From Candidatus Gottesmanbacteria bacterium (GTDB lineage: Bacteria > Patescibacteriota > Microgenomatia > UBA10105 > UBA927), in the NCBI GenBank assembly GCA_963714095.1, contig OY970230.1, positions 388,740 to 452,739 on the forward strand: 64,000 nucleotides of DNA, given 5' to 3'. The position numbers and the translations under genes were made by a program. The notes beneath the pieces are model-generated. The model searched no databases, had not been told where the DNA came from, and saw only the letters and a list, made by a program, of their open reading frames with translations. Of this stretch, positions 50,637 through 62,501 are shown one piece after another. Numbering within the stretch: the first letter of the stretch is position 1; each line of letters starts with the position of its first letter.

Positions 50637-52181
50637 ATGATCATTCTTCTCTTATTTGCGTTCCTCGCCGGTATTATTACCATTCTCTCCCCATGCATCC
50701 TGCCGGTATTGCCGATTGTGTTAAGCGGAACGCTTACCGGAGGAAAACGCCGGCCGCTGAGCATAGTCATCGGATTTATTTTCAGCTTTACATTTTTTAC
50801 ATTATTTCTCTCAATCATTGTCCGTGCAACGGGACTTCCGGCTGACACGTTGCGGTTTATTGCAATCCTCATTATCGGCGTCTTCGGCGTAAGCTTCCTT
50901 ATTCCGAAATTCCAACTATGGACGGAGAAAATATTTTCAAAAATTGCAATCGCCCCGCGCACGTCAAACGGATTTCTTATAGGGATGAGTCTTGGACTCG
51001 TCTGGGCACCTTGCGTCGGTCCGATTTTAGCTTCTGTCATCGCCCTTGCAGCTTCAGGCACGGTAACAAGTACCACATTTTTTATCACGCTTGCGTATTC
51101 CGTTGGCACCGCGATTCCGATGCTTATTATCCTGTACTCCGGCCGGCGTCTGGTACAAAAAATTCCCAATCCGCTGCGGCTGCAGCAACTATTCGGCGTT
51201 CTTATGATCGGTATTGCCATTGCCATGTATCTTAACCTGGACCGGAAATTCCAAACATATATTCTTACGGTATTCCCAAACTACGGAACGGGGCTCACGA
51301 AAATCGAAACCATTCCGGTTGTCATAAATGCATTACAAAGCATACAAAAGAAACAGGCGGCAATTGGAAACGCGCCCGATTTTACAGGAGGGCAGCAATG
51401 GTTTAATACACCTGCTGGCAAACCATTAACAATGTCTGAACTTCGGGGCAAAGTGATCATGGTCGACTTCTGGACGTATACCTGTATCAACTGCATCCGC
51501 ACGTTGCCGTATACGAAAGCCTGGTGGAATAAATACAAGGATAAAGGATTTGTACTCATCGGCGTCCATACGCCGGAGTTTGAATTTGAAAAAGATGCAA
51601 CAAATGTTGGGATTGCCATTAAAGATTTCGGTATCACCTATCCCGTGGTGCAGGACAATAATTATGCAATTTGGAATGCATACGGCAACCAATATTGGCC
51701 GGCGGATTATCTCATCGATAAAACCGGAAAAATTGTTGATACCCATTTCGGCGAAGGCGACTATGATGTAACGGAAAAGAAGATTCAAACTTTATTGAAA
51801 ATTTCAATGCCAATAAATAATCCTGCGTATACGGTGAACACCAACACGCCGGAAACATATCTGGGAACCAACCGCGGAGATTACTCTCAAATTTCTACAA
51901 CCGGCTCCTGGAATAAATCACCTGAGTATGCCGCGCCTTCCCAGGGAGCGACGCTTACTTTTCCGTTTGACGCAACAGACGTATATCTCGTCATGCGGCC
52001 GAAAATAGAGGGTACACCCGGAAATGTCGGTGTATATCTTGACGGGAAATTAACCACTACCGTGACTGTTGATTCGGACAAACTGTATCAACTTATCCAA
52101 CTTCCGAGTGAAGGTCAACACGTCTTACAATTAAAATTTTTGGATTCCAATCTCGAACTCTACGCGTTTACATTTGGATGA
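50637..52181 (+). CDS. dipZ: DipZ-like protein (CcdA/DsbD TM domain, thioredoxin domain and C-terminal domain)
   Basis: LSPCILPVLP, WAPCVGPIL, DFWTYTCINCIRTLP, GVHTPEF, TPETYLG, YAFTFG. Confidence 0.9.
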   Translation: MIILLLFAFLAGIITILSPCILPVLPIVLSGTLTGGKRRPLSIVIGFIFSFTFFTLFLSIIVRATGLPADTLRFIAILIIGVFGVSFLIPKFQLWTEKIFSKIAIAPRTSNGFLIGMSLGLVWAPCVGPILASVIALAASGTVTSTTFFITLAYSVGTAIPMLIILYSGRRLVQKIPNPLRLQQLFGVLMIGIAIAMYLNLDRKFQTYILTVFPNYGTGLTKIETIPVVINALQSIQKKQAAIGNAPDFTGGQQWFNTPAGKPLTMSELRGKVIMVDFWTYTCINCIRTLPYTKAWWNKYKDKGFVLIGVHTPEFEFEKDATNVGIAIKDFGITYPVVQDNNYAIWNAYGNQYWPADYLIDKTGKIVDTHFGEGDYDVTEKKIQTLLKISMPINNPAYTVNTNTPETYLGTNRGDYSQISTTGSWNKSPEYAAPSQGATLTFPFDATDVYLVMRPKIEGTPGNVGVYLDGKLTTTVTVDSDKLYQLIQLPSEGQHVLQLKFLDSNLELYAFTFG

Positions 52182-52187
52182 GGAGTT

Positions 52188-52661
52188 TTACCACTTAAAA
52201 TGGGCGAAGGCGCGGTTGGCGTCGGCCATACGCTGAATGGTATCACGTTTCTTAATCGCTTCTCCCTGGCCCTTGGACGCTTCCATCAGTTCTACCGCTA
52301 ACTTTTCGGCAAACGTATGGAATTCGCGGTTACTTCGTTTATTGGCAAACTGCACGATCCATCGCATGGCCAGTGCCATCCTACGGTCTCCTCGAACTTC
52401 AGTTGGTACCTGATAGGATGCACCACCAACGCGGCGGGCCTTGACTTCCATCTTGGGACCTACCGTATTCATAGCAAGCTCAAATACCTTAATCGGATCC
52501 TCGCCTTTTTCTTTGATAATATCGAGTGCTTTATAGACTTCCGTCTGCGCTGCGTGTTTTTTGCCGCTGCGCATCACCCGGTTAATAAATCGGGTCAGCA
52601 ATCTGTTCCCGTAGACGGGATCAGCTTCAGGAATAATTCTTACAACTCTTCCGCTTCTCAT
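52188..52661 (-). CDS. rpsG: 30S ribosomal protein S7
   Basis: RRVGGASYQVP.EV, MADANRAFAHF. Confidence 0.98.
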   Translation of the reverse strand: MRSGRVVRIIPEADPVYGNRLLTRFINRVMRSGKKHAAQTEVYKALDIIKEKGEDPIKVFELAMNTVGPKMEVKARRVGGASYQVPTEVRGDRRMALAMRWIVQFANKRSNREFHTFAEKLAVELMEASKGQGEAIKKRDTIQRMADANRAFAHFKW

Positions 52662-52670
52662 AATTATTTT

Positions 52671-53108
52671 TTAACTCGCGGCTGCCGTTGACGGCCCAGG
52701 TCCGCCCGATTTGGCGCCGTACCGTGACCGTCCTTTTTTACGATTTACAACACCGCTGGAATCATATTTTCCGCGCACAATGTGATATTTTACACCGGGC
52801 AGATCGGGCACTCTCCCCCCACGGACCAACACAATTGCATGTTCTGTTAATTCATGTCCGATACCCGGAATATACGCGGTGACTTCCTGCTTATTTGACA
52901 ATCTCACGCGGGCAACTTTCCGCAGTGCCGAGTTCGGCTTTTTCGGCGTCATGGTTTTCACAAGAGTAACCACTCCCCGCTTAAACGGCGCCGGCACCTG
53001 ACTCGTAATCCGGTCTTTTGCATTAAAAAACTTACGGAGTGCCGTCGCTTTGATTTTTTTCGACTTATGGTGACGCCCGTATTTAACTAATTGGTTTATT
53101 GTTGGCAT
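52671..53108 (-). CDS. rpsL: 30S ribosomal protein S12
   Basis: [30 protein letters not shown]. Confidence 0.98.
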   Translation of the reverse strand: MPTINQLVKYGRHHKSKKIKATALRKFFNAKDRITSQVPAPFKRGVVTLVKTMTPKKPNSALRKVARVRLSNKQEVTAYIPGIGHELTEHAIVLVRGGRVPDLPGVKYHIVRGKYDSSGVVNRKKGRSRYGAKSGGPGPSTAAAS

Positions 53109-53109
53109 A

Positions 53110-56100
53110 TTAAACAGTTTTCATCTGTGCCCGATCGGCAGATACGGGTATGAGACGTCCGATTATAACGTTTTCTTTAAGCCCAAGCAATTTGTCCTCT
53201 TTTGCTGCAAGCGCGGCATCGGTGAGGACATTCGTCGTCTCCTGGAATGATGCGGCAGAGAGCCATGATTCAGTAAACAAACTGGCCCGTGTTATTCCCA
53301 GCACCACAATCTGCGCTGTCGCCGGTTCTCCGCCTGCGGCCAGCACCCGCGCATTCTCTTCCTGAAAACGCATGCGGTCAACCAGTTCCCCAGGAAGTAA
53401 CATTGTATCGCCCGATGTATCGACGCGGACTTTATCGCTCATTTTTCGCACAATTACTTCAAAATGTTTATCATGAATCATAATTCCCTGGGACTCATAC
53501 ACACGCTGAATCTCCGTGATCAAATATTTCTGCGCGCCGCGAAGTCCGCGAACGGAGAGTACCTCTTTGAGGTCGAGGTATCCGCTTGCCAGTTGATCCC
53601 CGGCGGCAACTAAATCGCCTTCTTTTACTTTCAATTCGCTGGTTAACGGAATCACATATTCACGCTCTTCCGGCGGCTTAATCGTAGTATTCCTTACCCG
53701 GACTTTGTATCCATCTTCACTTTCCACGACTTCAACCTTTCCGGCAATTTCGGAAATCGGTGACAGGATTCGCGGCATACGGGATTCAAACAATTCCTCC
53801 ACACGGGGTAAGCCCTGGGTCACATCCAAACCGACGATACCTCCGGCGTGCCGCACGCGCATAGTCAGCTGCGTACCCGGCTCACCGATGGACTGGGCCG
53901 CAATAACGCCGACGGGAGTACCCAATTCCACCTGCGCATCTGTTGAAAAATCGCGGCCGTAACATTTTGCACACATACCGAACGGCGCCTGACAGGAAAT
54001 TGCGCTCCGCAGTAGAACCGATTCCACATTGTGCTCATCCAGTAACTTTGCATTTTCCTCTGTAATTTCTTCCCCTTTTGCAATTAGTACTTTTTTACTA
54101 TTCGGAGCGACAATATCCGCCGCAGCATATCTGCCAAGCGTACGGATGGCAAACGATGCCTGACGGTCTTCGCGGCGCGCGACTTCCCAACCCTCACTCG
54201 TTCCACAATCATCCATGCGGACGATCATGTCATGGGATACATCAACAAGCCGTCGGGTCAAATATCCGGCGTCAGCGGTCTTCAGAGCTGAATCGGTAAG
54301 GCCTTTGCGTGAACCACGAGTGCTTGTCACGTATTCAAAAATGGAAAGTCCTTCACGATAGTTACTCTTGGTCGGAAGTTCTACAATTTTCCCTAAGGGG
54401 TCCACAACTAATCCTTTGATGGCGGACAGTTGCTTGAGTTGATCCTTGGATGCACGGGCACTCCCTGAATCAATAATCATCTTCACGGGGTTATTTGCAG
54501 GCATAGCCGCCCATGTCATATCAGCAAGCTTTTCTGTGACTTCAATCCAGATTTCGTTGCTCAGCCGCCGCTTTTCTTCAAGTGTTATAAGCCCTTGTTG
54601 ATAGTTACCATCAATCTCTGCGACCTTCTTTTCTGACTGTGCAATAATCGTAGCCTTTTCAGGAATCATGATGCAGTCAAAAACAGAGACTGACAGTCCG
54701 CCACAAATAGTTGCTCCCATAAAGCCAATATTTTTAATGGCATCAATAAGGGTAACTACTTCTTCTTTGGTATAGAGTTTAAGTGCTTTCGTAATAATTG
54801 TCTTAATCGTTGCTGACTTTACCGGTGCGTTCATATAGCGAAGACCAGCGGGAAGTATTTCATTAAAGAGCACCTTGCCTACTGTAGTAACTATGACTTC
54901 ACCGTTAATGCGGACCTTGATGGGGGCGCGGAGTGTAATCTTGTCGGTCTGATTTGCAAATATCGCTTCTGCTTCTGAGCCGAAAATCGGAATTTTTGTC
55001 TCATCAGACACTGCTGACTGGTCAATGGTCGTCAGGTAATAACACCCTAATACCATTTCTTTATTCGGTACTGTGATCGGGGAGCCATCAGCGGGCTTCA
55101 GAAGATTATGCGTCGGTAACATCAAATGGATCGCTTCGTGCTGTGCTTCGCCGGAAAGCGGGATATGAACGGCCATCTGGTCACCGTCAAAATCAGCGTT
55201 ATAGCCGGCGCACACACACGGGTGAATCCGGATGGCGGACCCTTCAATAAGGATGGGATAAAACGCCTGAATACCAAGTTTATGCAATGTTGGCGCACGG
55301 TTAAGAAGAACCGGATGGTTCTTGGTAATTTCCTCAAGAATATCGAATACTTCGGGGGTTCTGCGCTCTAAGACATTCTTTGCATTTTTGACGTTTGGCG
55401 CAATTCCGCGGACGATAAGTTCCCGCAGTACAAACGGTTTGAACATTTCAAGTGCCATTTCCTTCGGAATACCGCACTGGGTCAAATTAAGTTCCGGTCC
55501 CACGATAATGACGGATCTGCCGGAATAATCCACGCGTTTCCCCAAAAGATTCTGTCGGAACCGTCCCTGTTTCCCGCGGAGCATATCGGATAGCGACCGC
55601 AAGGGGGCAATGACCGCTCTGGAACTGGGGCGCTGCGTGACGTCGATAAGCGAGTCAACTGCTTCCTGAAGCATGCGTTTTTCGTTCCGCAGGATAATTT
55701 CCGGCGCGCCCAAATCCATAAGATGCTTGAGTCTGTTATTGCGGTTGATGACGCGGCGGTATAAATCGTTCAGGTCGCTTGTAGCAAACCGTCCACCGGT
55801 CAATTGAACCATCGGCCGCAAATCCGGAGGAATAACGGGAAGGGTATTCAAAATCATCCAGGTTGGATTAACAGAAGCTTTGCGCATGCCGTCTACCAGC
55901 CTCAAACGTTTCGTTGCTTTAATATGTCGCTGTCCGCTCGTATTCTGAATTTCTTCACGCAGATCCGCTGCAAGTTTATCCAAATCGGTTTTCTTCACGA
56001 CTTCCAGAATAGCCTCCGCTCCCATGCCCACGTCGAAACACGACGTGGCATCGTATTCGAACAGGCGGAGGTATTCATCTTCCGTAAGGGTGTTGAGAGG

Positions 56101-56832
56101 CCGGATGGATTTAACGATTGAAATTACCTGATCGATAATCGTTTTAATCTTGTCTTTTTCTTCCGTACCCTGATCTTCCAATTTGGATGTTTCCTGCCTC
56201 TCTTTCAGTGTCAATTCTGAAACCGCCATGTCGCGGGCTTCCGATCCTGTCACCCGTTCTTTCGTCGCCTCTTTTTCCTGTACGTATTTTTTATGAATAA
56301 CGTCCGCCTCTTCACGGATGCGTTTTTCGGTTACCTCCATGCGCTCTTTTCCGAGATTATTGAGACGCGCAAGAACATCTTTGCGTTTTTCCTCGTCTAC
56401 TTTGGTAACCAAATACTGGGCAAAATAAATAACTTCCTCAAGCGCACGGGGACTGATATCCAAAAGGAGAGAAAGTTTGCTCGGCGCGCCTTTGAAATAC
56501 CATACGTGAGCAACCGGCGCGACAAGCGCAATGTGACCCATCCGCTCACGGCGGACTTTACTCTGCGTCACTTCGACACCGCACTTATCGCAGATAATGC
56601 CGCGGTACCGGATCCGCTTATATTTGCCGCAGTAACATTCCCAATCTTTGGTAGGACCGAAAATCCGTTCATCAAATAATCCGTCTTTTTCGGGCTTCAG
56701 CGTCCGGTAATTAATCGTTTCAGGTTTGGTGACTTCGCCGTAGGACCATGCTTTAATTTCCTCAGGAGAGGCAATGGTAATTTTAAGTCCTGCAAAATCT
56801 ACGATATTGGCAAATGTTGCTTTTTTATCCAT
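53110..56832 (-). CDS. rpoC: RNA polymerase beta' subunit
   Basis: [10 protein letters not shown]-terminal Zn finger, [34 protein letters not shown]. Confidence 0.99.
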   Translation of the reverse strand: MDKKATFANIVDFAGLKITIASPEEIKAWSYGEVTKPETINYRTLKPEKDGLFDERIFGPTKDWECYCGKYKRIRYRGIICDKCGVEVTQSKVRRERMGHIALVAPVAHVWYFKGAPSKLSLLLDISPRALEEVIYFAQYLVTKVDEEKRKDVLARLNNLGKERMEVTEKRIREEADVIHKKYVQEKEATKERVTGSEARDMAVSELTLKERQETSKLEDQGTEEKDKIKTIIDQVISIVKSIRPLNTLTEDEYLRLFEYDATSCFDVGMGAEAILEVVKKTDLDKLAADLREEIQNTSGQRHIKATKRLRLVDGMRKASVNPTWMILNTLPVIPPDLRPMVQLTGGRFATSDLNDLYRRVINRNNRLKHLMDLGAPEIILRNEKRMLQEAVDSLIDVTQRPSSRAVIAPLRSLSDMLRGKQGRFRQNLLGKRVDYSGRSVIIVGPELNLTQCGIPKEMALEMFKPFVLRELIVRGIAPNVKNAKNVLERRTPEVFDILEEITKNHPVLLNRAPTLHKLGIQAFYPILIEGSAIRIHPCVCAGYNADFDGDQMAVHIPLSGEAQHEAIHLMLPTHNLLKPADGSPITVPNKEMVLGCYYLTTIDQSAVSDETKIPIFGSEAEAIFANQTDKITLRAPIKVRINGEVIVTTVGKVLFNEILPAGLRYMNAPVKSATIKTIITKALKLYTKEEVVTLIDAIKNIGFMGATICGGLSVSVFDCIMIPEKATIIAQSEKKVAEIDGNYQQGLITLEEKRRLSNEIWIEVTEKLADMTWAAMPANNPVKMIIDSGSARASKDQLKQLSAIKGLVVDPLGKIVELPTKSNYREGLSIFEYVTSTRGSRKGLTDSALKTADAGYLTRRLVDVSHDMIVRMDDCGTSEGWEVARREDRQASFAIRTLGRYAAADIVAPNSKKVLIAKGEEITEENAKLLDEHNVESVLLRSAISCQAPFGMCAKCYGRDFSTDAQVELGTPVGVIAAQSIGEPGTQLTMRVRHAGGIVGLDVTQGLPRVEELFESRMPRILSPISEIAGKVEVVESEDGYKVRVRNTTIKPPEEREYVIPLTSELKVKEGDLVAAGDQLASGYLDLKEVLSVRGLRGAQKYLITEIQRVYESQGIMIHDKHFEVIVRKMSDKVRVDTSGDTMLLPGELVDRMRFQEENARVLAAGGEPATAQIVVLGITRASLFTESWLSAASFQETTNVLTDAALAAKEDKLLGLKENVIIGRLIPVSADRAQMKTV

Positions 56833-56846
56833 ATATGATGAAACGC

Positions 56847-59800
56847 TTACGCTTCTTCCCCTTCTTTAACTTCTTTTGCCGGCTCAGGAGTTACCGGTTT
56901 AACTTCCGGAACTAATTCTTCTCCGCTGGCTTTCGCGATCTCGACCGCTTCTTTTTTTACTACATCATCTGTTACTGTCGTGGTTGTTGGCGCTGCTGCG
57001 ACCGGTGTTGGTCTCACGGTTACAACCCCTGTCGGGTTAACGTTCAGGCCCAACGCCTGCAGCTCTTTCACCAATACTTTGAATGATTCGGGAATTGTGG
57101 ATTCCGGTATATCCGTGCCTTTGACGATGGCCTCAAACGCCTTTGCACGGCCGACCACGTCATCGGATTTGATCGTGAGCATTTCCTGCAAAATGTGTGC
57201 TGCACGGTGAGACTCCAGTGCCCAGACTTCCATTTCTCCCAACCGTTGTCCGCCCATCTGCGCTTTACCGCCAAGGGGCTGTTGGGTGACGAGAGAATAC
57301 GGACCGGTACTGCGTGCATGCGTCTTGTCTTCAACCATATGGATAAGTTTCATGATATAGCCCACGCCAACTACAATCGGTTCGCCAAATGCCTGACCTG
57401 TTCGTCCGTCAAAAAGAATGCTTTTTCCGGAAACCGGGACTCCTGCTTCTTTTAGTTTTTCGATAATTTTGTCTTCGCCGATGTGTTCAAATACCGGAAG
57501 GGCAACTTTGATATTCAATTTTTTAGCTGCAAGTCCCAGATGAGCCTCAAGAAGCTGACCCAAATTCATACGAGAAAGAACGGATAATGTGGAAATGATG
57601 ACATCCACGACCGTTCCGTCAGATAAATACGGCATATCCGACTGCGGGACAACTTTGGAAATGACACCTTTGTTTCCGTGACGTCCTGCAAGTTTGTCTC
57701 CGACGACGACTTTACGCATCTGGGCAACCTCAACGATAATTTTTCTGTTGGTTCCAGGCTCCAGTTCATCGCCCTTTTCTTTATCCAGAATTTTGACTTC
57801 AATAACCGTGCCGCGTTCGCCGTGCGGAACTCGAAGGGAGGTATCACGGACTTCACGGGCCTTTTCACCGAAAATTGCACGAAGCAGCCGTTCCTCAGCG
57901 GTAAGTTCCGTCTCACCTTTGGGAGCAATTTTGCCGACGAGAATATCATTGGGTCCAACCTCGGCTCCCACAACGACAATTCCGTTTTCATCGAGATTCC
58001 GCAGTGCTTCTTCTCCGACATTGGGAATATCGCGGGTCGTTTCCTCCGGACCTAATTTCGTATCAACAACACTCGCGTCATATTCTTCGATATGAACCGA
58101 CGTCAGAACGTCGTCCCGAACCAAACGGTCGGAAATGACGATAGCATCCTCATATCCCAAACCGTCAAAACTCATATAGGCAATTGTCACATTGGCACCA
58201 AGCGCCAGTTCTCCATCTTCACTTGCGGGTCCTTCAATAAGAACCTGCCCTTTTTTCACTTTTTCACCCGACTGTACCATAACCCGTTGGTTATAACAGG
58301 TAGACTGCGCGGAGCGCGTAAATTTTTGAATCGTATACGTGGTCGTCTCCCCGTCTTTCGTTTCGAATACTACGGAAGATCCGTCTGCAAACGTGACCGT
58401 GCCGTCGTCTTTTGCCCTCACAACCCGTCCCATGGTTGAGGAAATAGCACCTTCCATACCGGTTCCTACAATAGGTGTTTGCGGAATAACCAACGGAACT
58501 GCCTGACACTGCATATGAGTGCCCATGAGCGCCCGGTTAGCCTCATCGTGTGCCAAAAACGGAATCAAGGATGCCGGTGCCCCAACAACCTGCCGAGGGA
58601 CAACATCGATATATTCAACAACCACGGCATCCGCTTCCAAAAATTCACCTTTGTACCGTACAGGAATACGGTCAGAAACGATAAACCCGTCTTCCGTAAC
58701 CGCGATACCCGCGTGCGTGATGTAATGATATTGCTCATCACTGGCATCCAAATACACGGTCTCATTGGTCACGCGCATACGCACCTTGTCTCCATGAGTG
58801 ACCTTTTCAATTTTAAGATAGGGTGTTTCCAAAAATCCATATTCGTTTGCGCGGGCATACAATGACATATACGTTACCAAGCCGATGTTCGGTCCTTCCG
58901 GGCTGCGTACAGGACAAATGCGGCCGTATTGTGATGCGTTAATGTCGCGGATAGAAAATGATGCGCGCTCCCTAGAAATTCCCCCTACACCCATGACAGT
59001 AAGGCGGCGAAGGTTATCCACTTCCGCTAACGGATTGGTTTGATCCAGAATAGTAGATAGTTGGCTGGTACGGAAAAAATCATTAATGGATGCAATAATC
59101 GGACGGGCATTGACCAGCTGCATCGGGGTCAAGTCTTCGGCTGCCGGGCCTGCCAGGCTCATTTTTTCACGGACAGAACGTTCTAAGCGCAACAGTCCCA
59201 CCCGGAATGCATTGGTCGCAACCAATTCCCCCACGCGCCGGACCCTGCGGTTACCCAAATGGTCAATATCATCCACATCTCCTTTGCCGTTCGTGAGATT
59301 CACAAGATACCGAATCGCACCAATAATATCTTCGCGCGTTAGTACCCAGTGATCTTTATCATTTACTACATCGATTTTTAATTTTTTATTCATCTTATAG
59401 CGTCCTACCCGCTCCAATGAATACCGGCGGTAATCAAAAAACATCGTACGCAGGAGTTCCTGCGCATTATCCAAAACAATCGGTTCGCCGGGTCGGAGTT
59501 TCCGGTACAGTTCCAATACCGCTTCCGTCTGGCTCTTGGTCGGATCTTTGGCGATAGTCGCTTCCATATATTTATGCTCGGGGTTAGCGTCCACATCTTT
59601 AAATGTGTTCATGATTTCTTCATTCGTCGCCATTCCGATGGCGCGAAGAAACGTCGTTGCAACAAACTTACGACGGCGGTCAATACGCACCATAATGACG
59701 TCATTTCGTGTCACGATAAACTCGAGCCAGCTGCCGTGCATCGGGCGGATTTCCGCGCTGTAAAGGGTTTTTCCGGTTCCAGCGTCGACGGTACCGGTGA

Positions 59801-60221
59801 AATATATGCCCGGGCTGCGGACAAGCTGGTTGACGACACAACGCTCAATTCCGTTAATAATAAAGGTGCCATTCTCCGTCATGGCGGGAATATCACCCAA
59901 AAACACTTCCTGCATCACGCGGTGTCCCGTTTGTTTATTGATGAGCGTGGCCATGACTTTCAGGGGCATGTCGAACGTCAACCCTTTTTCAAGCGCTACC
60001 GGGGGTGTGAGTCTCGGCCGGCCGAAAAAGTAATCGCCGAACGACAATTCCCAGTTTTTACCGGTAAAATCACTGATTGGAGAAACTTCAGAGAGGAGAT
60101 CTTTAATGCCTGTTTCCAAAAACCACTGGTACGATTCCCGTTGTACCAAGGTTAAATCCAGTTGGGGAAGGTTGGTGTGCTCCGTATCCCACAATCGTTT
60201 GCCAGTTGTATCTTTTGCCAT
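56847..60221 (-). CDS. rpoB: RNA polymerase beta subunit
   Basis: [50 protein letters not shown]; start at MAKDTT. Confidence 0.99.
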   Translation of the reverse strand: MAKDTTGKRLWDTEHTNLPQLDLTLVQRESYQWFLETGIKDLLSEVSPISDFTGKNWELSFGDYFFGRPRLTPPVALEKGLTFDMPLKVMATLINKQTGHRVMQEVFLGDIPAMTENGTFIINGIERCVVNQLVRSPGIYFTGTVDAGTGKTLYSAEIRPMHGSWLEFIVTRNDVIMVRIDRRRKFVATTFLRAIGMATNEEIMNTFKDVDANPEHKYMEATIAKDPTKSQTEAVLELYRKLRPGEPIVLDNAQELLRTMFFDYRRYSLERVGRYKMNKKLKIDVVNDKDHWVLTREDIIGAIRYLVNLTNGKGDVDDIDHLGNRRVRRVGELVATNAFRVGLLRLERSVREKMSLAGPAAEDLTPMQLVNARPIIASINDFFRTSQLSTILDQTNPLAEVDNLRRLTVMGVGGISRERASFSIRDINASQYGRICPVRSPEGPNIGLVTYMSLYARANEYGFLETPYLKIEKVTHGDKVRMRVTNETVYLDASDEQYHYITHAGIAVTEDGFIVSDRIPVRYKGEFLEADAVVVEYIDVVPRQVVGAPASLIPFLAHDEANRALMGTHMQCQAVPLVIPQTPIVGTGMEGAISSTMGRVVRAKDDGTVTFADGSSVVFETKDGETTTYTIQKFTRSAQSTCYNQRVMVQSGEKVKKGQVLIEGPASEDGELALGANVTIAYMSFDGLGYEDAIVISDRLVRDDVLTSVHIEEYDASVVDTKLGPEETTRDIPNVGEEALRNLDENGIVVVGAEVGPNDILVGKIAPKGETELTAEERLLRAIFGEKAREVRDTSLRVPHGERGTVIEVKILDKEKGDELEPGTNRKIIVEVAQMRKVVVGDKLAGRHGNKGVISKVVPQSDMPYLSDGTVVDVIISTLSVLSRMNLGQLLEAHLGLAAKKLNIKVALPVFEHIGEDKIIEKLKEAGVPVSGKSILFDGRTGQAFGEPIVVGVGYIMKLIHMVEDKTHARSTGPYSLVTQQPLGGKAQMGGQRLGEMEVWALESHRAAHILQEMLTIKSDDVVGRAKAFEAIVKGTDIPESTIPESFKVLVKELQALGLNVNPTGVVTVRPTPVAAAPTTTTVTDDVVKKEAVEIAKASGEELVPEVKPVTPEPAKEVKEGEEA

Positions 60222-60315
60222 TTGTATAAATAAATGCGAAATCGGTACTCTAGTGAACGACGAAAAGAAGCGAACAATGAACGTTCGCCTCGTAAAGGCT
60301 ATTCGACTAAAGAGT

Positions 60316-60343
60316 ATTATAGCGCGTTTCCGCAACCTGTCAA
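60316..60343 (-). promoter_or_regulatory. rpoB promoter
   Basis: TTGACA-16-TATAAT consensus. Confidence 0.75.
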
Positions 60344-60370
60344 GCTAGGAAAATTTTGGGTACCAATTGA

Positions 60371-60901
60371 TTATTCCTGAGGAAATTTCTCGCCGCCGTA
60401 ACTAGAAGGATCACTGCTAAATTTCCAGTATTGCGTGCCTTCAAATAACATACTTGGATATGAATCATTTTTTAATGTACCAAAAAATAGATAATAGCGA
60501 GTCCTAACCCATGGTTGTTTAAGAATATTATTTTTCCGACCAACCTCTTTTGTGAATCCATTCTGATCACATTTGTTTGAGATTACTATTTCAGACGTCG
60601 TTGTCAGTGTTAAATTATCATCTTTGATTTCCCAAGTTCCTAACTCCTCTTTTTCTTCAATTTGGCAACTCATTTGATTAGGATAAAAATGAAATTTACC
60701 ATCTGAGTAAAAGTTATACCTGTCAGCCCATCCTGAAGCCATACCTCCGCTTGCTTGCCAAATACCAACTAACGTAGCTTTATCAGCTTTTGAAAAAATT
60801 CCAGATATACTCGCATTACGGACTCCAATACAATATCCCAATAGTCCTCCGAGAACAAATAATGCAATAGATAATAAATATTTATTTGTGTTTTTCTTCA
60901 T
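60371..60901 (-). CDS. Secreted or membrane-anchored hypothetical protein (beta-rich, lipocalin-like LVG.W motif)
   Basis: Basic N-terminus, hydrophobic helix, LVGIW, GTW; AT-rich. Confidence 0.7.
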   Translation of the reverse strand: MKKNTNKYLLSIALFVLGGLLGYCIGVRNASISGIFSKADKATLVGIWQASGGMASGWADRYNFYSDGKFHFYPNQMSCQIEEKEELGTWEIKDDNLTLTTTSEIVISNKCDQNGFTKEVGRKNNILKQPWVRTRYYLFFGTLKNDSYPSMLFEGTQYWKFSSDPSSYGGEKFPQE

Positions 60902-60905
60902 TTTG

Positions 60906-61427
60906 TTAATTCGTTGGAAAAAGAATCTTCCCTGTTGTTCTCATTATCAGTTTATTTCCATCAGAACAAGAATTCAAGATCTCCTCACCAAATATTCCTG
61001 GTGGAAAATTAACAAGTTCACTACAACCCGGTATTCCTCCACCTCCAGTCCAAAAATCTGTCCAGCTGCCATTTATTTTGACTGCAGCAAACTGAAAACC
61101 CGTCTGGCTATTGCCAAAACCACCGTATGCATAATTTTTGTTAATGACTTGGATGACAGCATAGTTTTTAGTTTTGTCACATTTATTCTCATTAAAATAC
61201 TCAACACAAGCATCTACTTTGTTCTTTAAATAATTTTCTAATGAAACGTCTTTGAGTTCTGCTGGAAATGGTGTTGGAGTCAGAGTCGAAGTGGATACTA
61301 CGGGTTTCACTGAAGATATAATGTTTGTTGAATAATTTCTGTATGCACGATACCCAACAGCTCCCAAAATAATAATTACTAAAACTAAGATTGGTGAAAA
61401 ACTAGTTTTTTTTGTTTTCTGTTTCAT
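60906..61427 (-). CDS. Membrane-anchored hypothetical protein, four Cys
   Basis: N-terminal TM, S/T/P linker, AT-rich. Confidence 0.7.
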   Translation of the reverse strand: MKQKTKKTSFSPILVLVIIILGAVGYRAYRNYSTNIISSVKPVVSTSTLTPTPFPAELKDVSLENYLKNKVDACVEYFNENKCDKTKNYAVIQVINKNYAYGGFGNSQTGFQFAAVKINGSWTDFWTGGGGIPGCSELVNFPPGIFGEEILNSCSDGNKLIMRTTGKILFPTN

Positions 61428-61466
61428 TATATTAATAATGGCTGGGGATCAATTGAAAGTCAATTA

Positions 61467-62501
61467 TTATTCTAGCTCCAAATTTTTTATCGGTGGGAGC
61501 GCCGGGCCGGCGGCACCCTGGATTTGGCCGTAGATTCCGGAAACGCCGGAAAGTAACCGGTGTACCTGCGCTTCACGGAGTTTCCATGATTTTTCAAACG
61601 CCACACGCTCACGGGTTATTTGTTCTAGCATCGACGTGTACACTTCAACCATGGATTCAACCTGCTGTGCAAATTCGTGGCTAGTGACGTATCCATAAAT
61701 CTGTTCTGCTTTTGTCTGCCGGTTATCGGATACAAACTTCTGATATGCCGCATCAATCAAGCTTTTGCGCAGAAGCATCGCAAGCGGGATAAATAATTTC
61801 GGCGAACATACCCACACGCCATCTTTTAACCCCATACCAGTTTTTGCTTCTTCCGGCAGCGTCTCGGAAACTATCGCTGGAATATTAGCTTTATCATTTC
61901 GCATATCTTCTTTTAATTTTGCAATCCACGAGTCGCTCCATGCTTTGGTTCGCTTGGATTCCCAAAGAATAGACCCACAGGTTTTTCCGCCCGGACTTTT
62001 TACCACTTGCCGGATATCCGCGCCCAATACCCCTTTTCCAATCGGCTCGACGGAATCACTGGAAAATGTAACACGAAGTGTTTGTTCCAAATCCAGTTCC
62101 TGCACTTCCCCTTGCAACTGCTGTGAACCTTGCGTCGCTTTCCGCTGCGCATCCTCAAGAGATTTTTTTAAATCATCAATCATTTTGTCTTTTTCTTTTT
62201 CTTTCAACCGCTGCTGCTCAAGGATGGTTTCTTCCGCGGACTTACGGATTTTTTCCCGTTCCGAATCCAACTGTCGCTGTTTATCTAATTCAAATGTACG
62301 CTTCTCTTCATCTAACAAATTTTTTTGTTTCCGGATTGTGAGTTCTGCTTCTTCAGCTTTTTCCAACCGTTGTTTCATTTCCACCAATTCTTTTTCATAT
62401 TTCTTCTTTTCACCCGCAAGTAAATCTTCCTCAATTTGATGCGTTAAGGCATCCGTCAGTTCAAATGATTTATGACAATGCGGACACGTGATGGTGTTCA
62501 T
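61467..62501 (-). CDS. DUF2130 family protein
   Basis: ITCPHC, coiled coil, SQQLQGEVQE, GADI.Q, ILWESKRTK.WS..WI.KLK.D. Confidence 0.88.
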   Translation of the reverse strand: MNTITCPHCHKSFELTDALTHQIEEDLLAGEKKKYEKELVEMKQRLEKAEEAELTIRKQKNLLDEEKRTFELDKQRQLDSEREKIRKSAEETILEQQRLKEKEKDKMIDDLKKSLEDAQRKATQGSQQLQGEVQELDLEQTLRVTFSSDSVEPIGKGVLGADIRQVVKSPGGKTCGSILWESKRTKAWSDSWIAKLKEDMRNDKANIPAIVSETLPEEAKTGMGLKDGVWVCSPKLFIPLAMLLRKSLIDAAYQKFVSDNRQTKAEQIYGYVTSHEFAQQVESMVEVYTSMLEQITRERVAFEKSWKLREAQVHRLLSGVSGIYGQIQGAAGPALPPIKNLELE

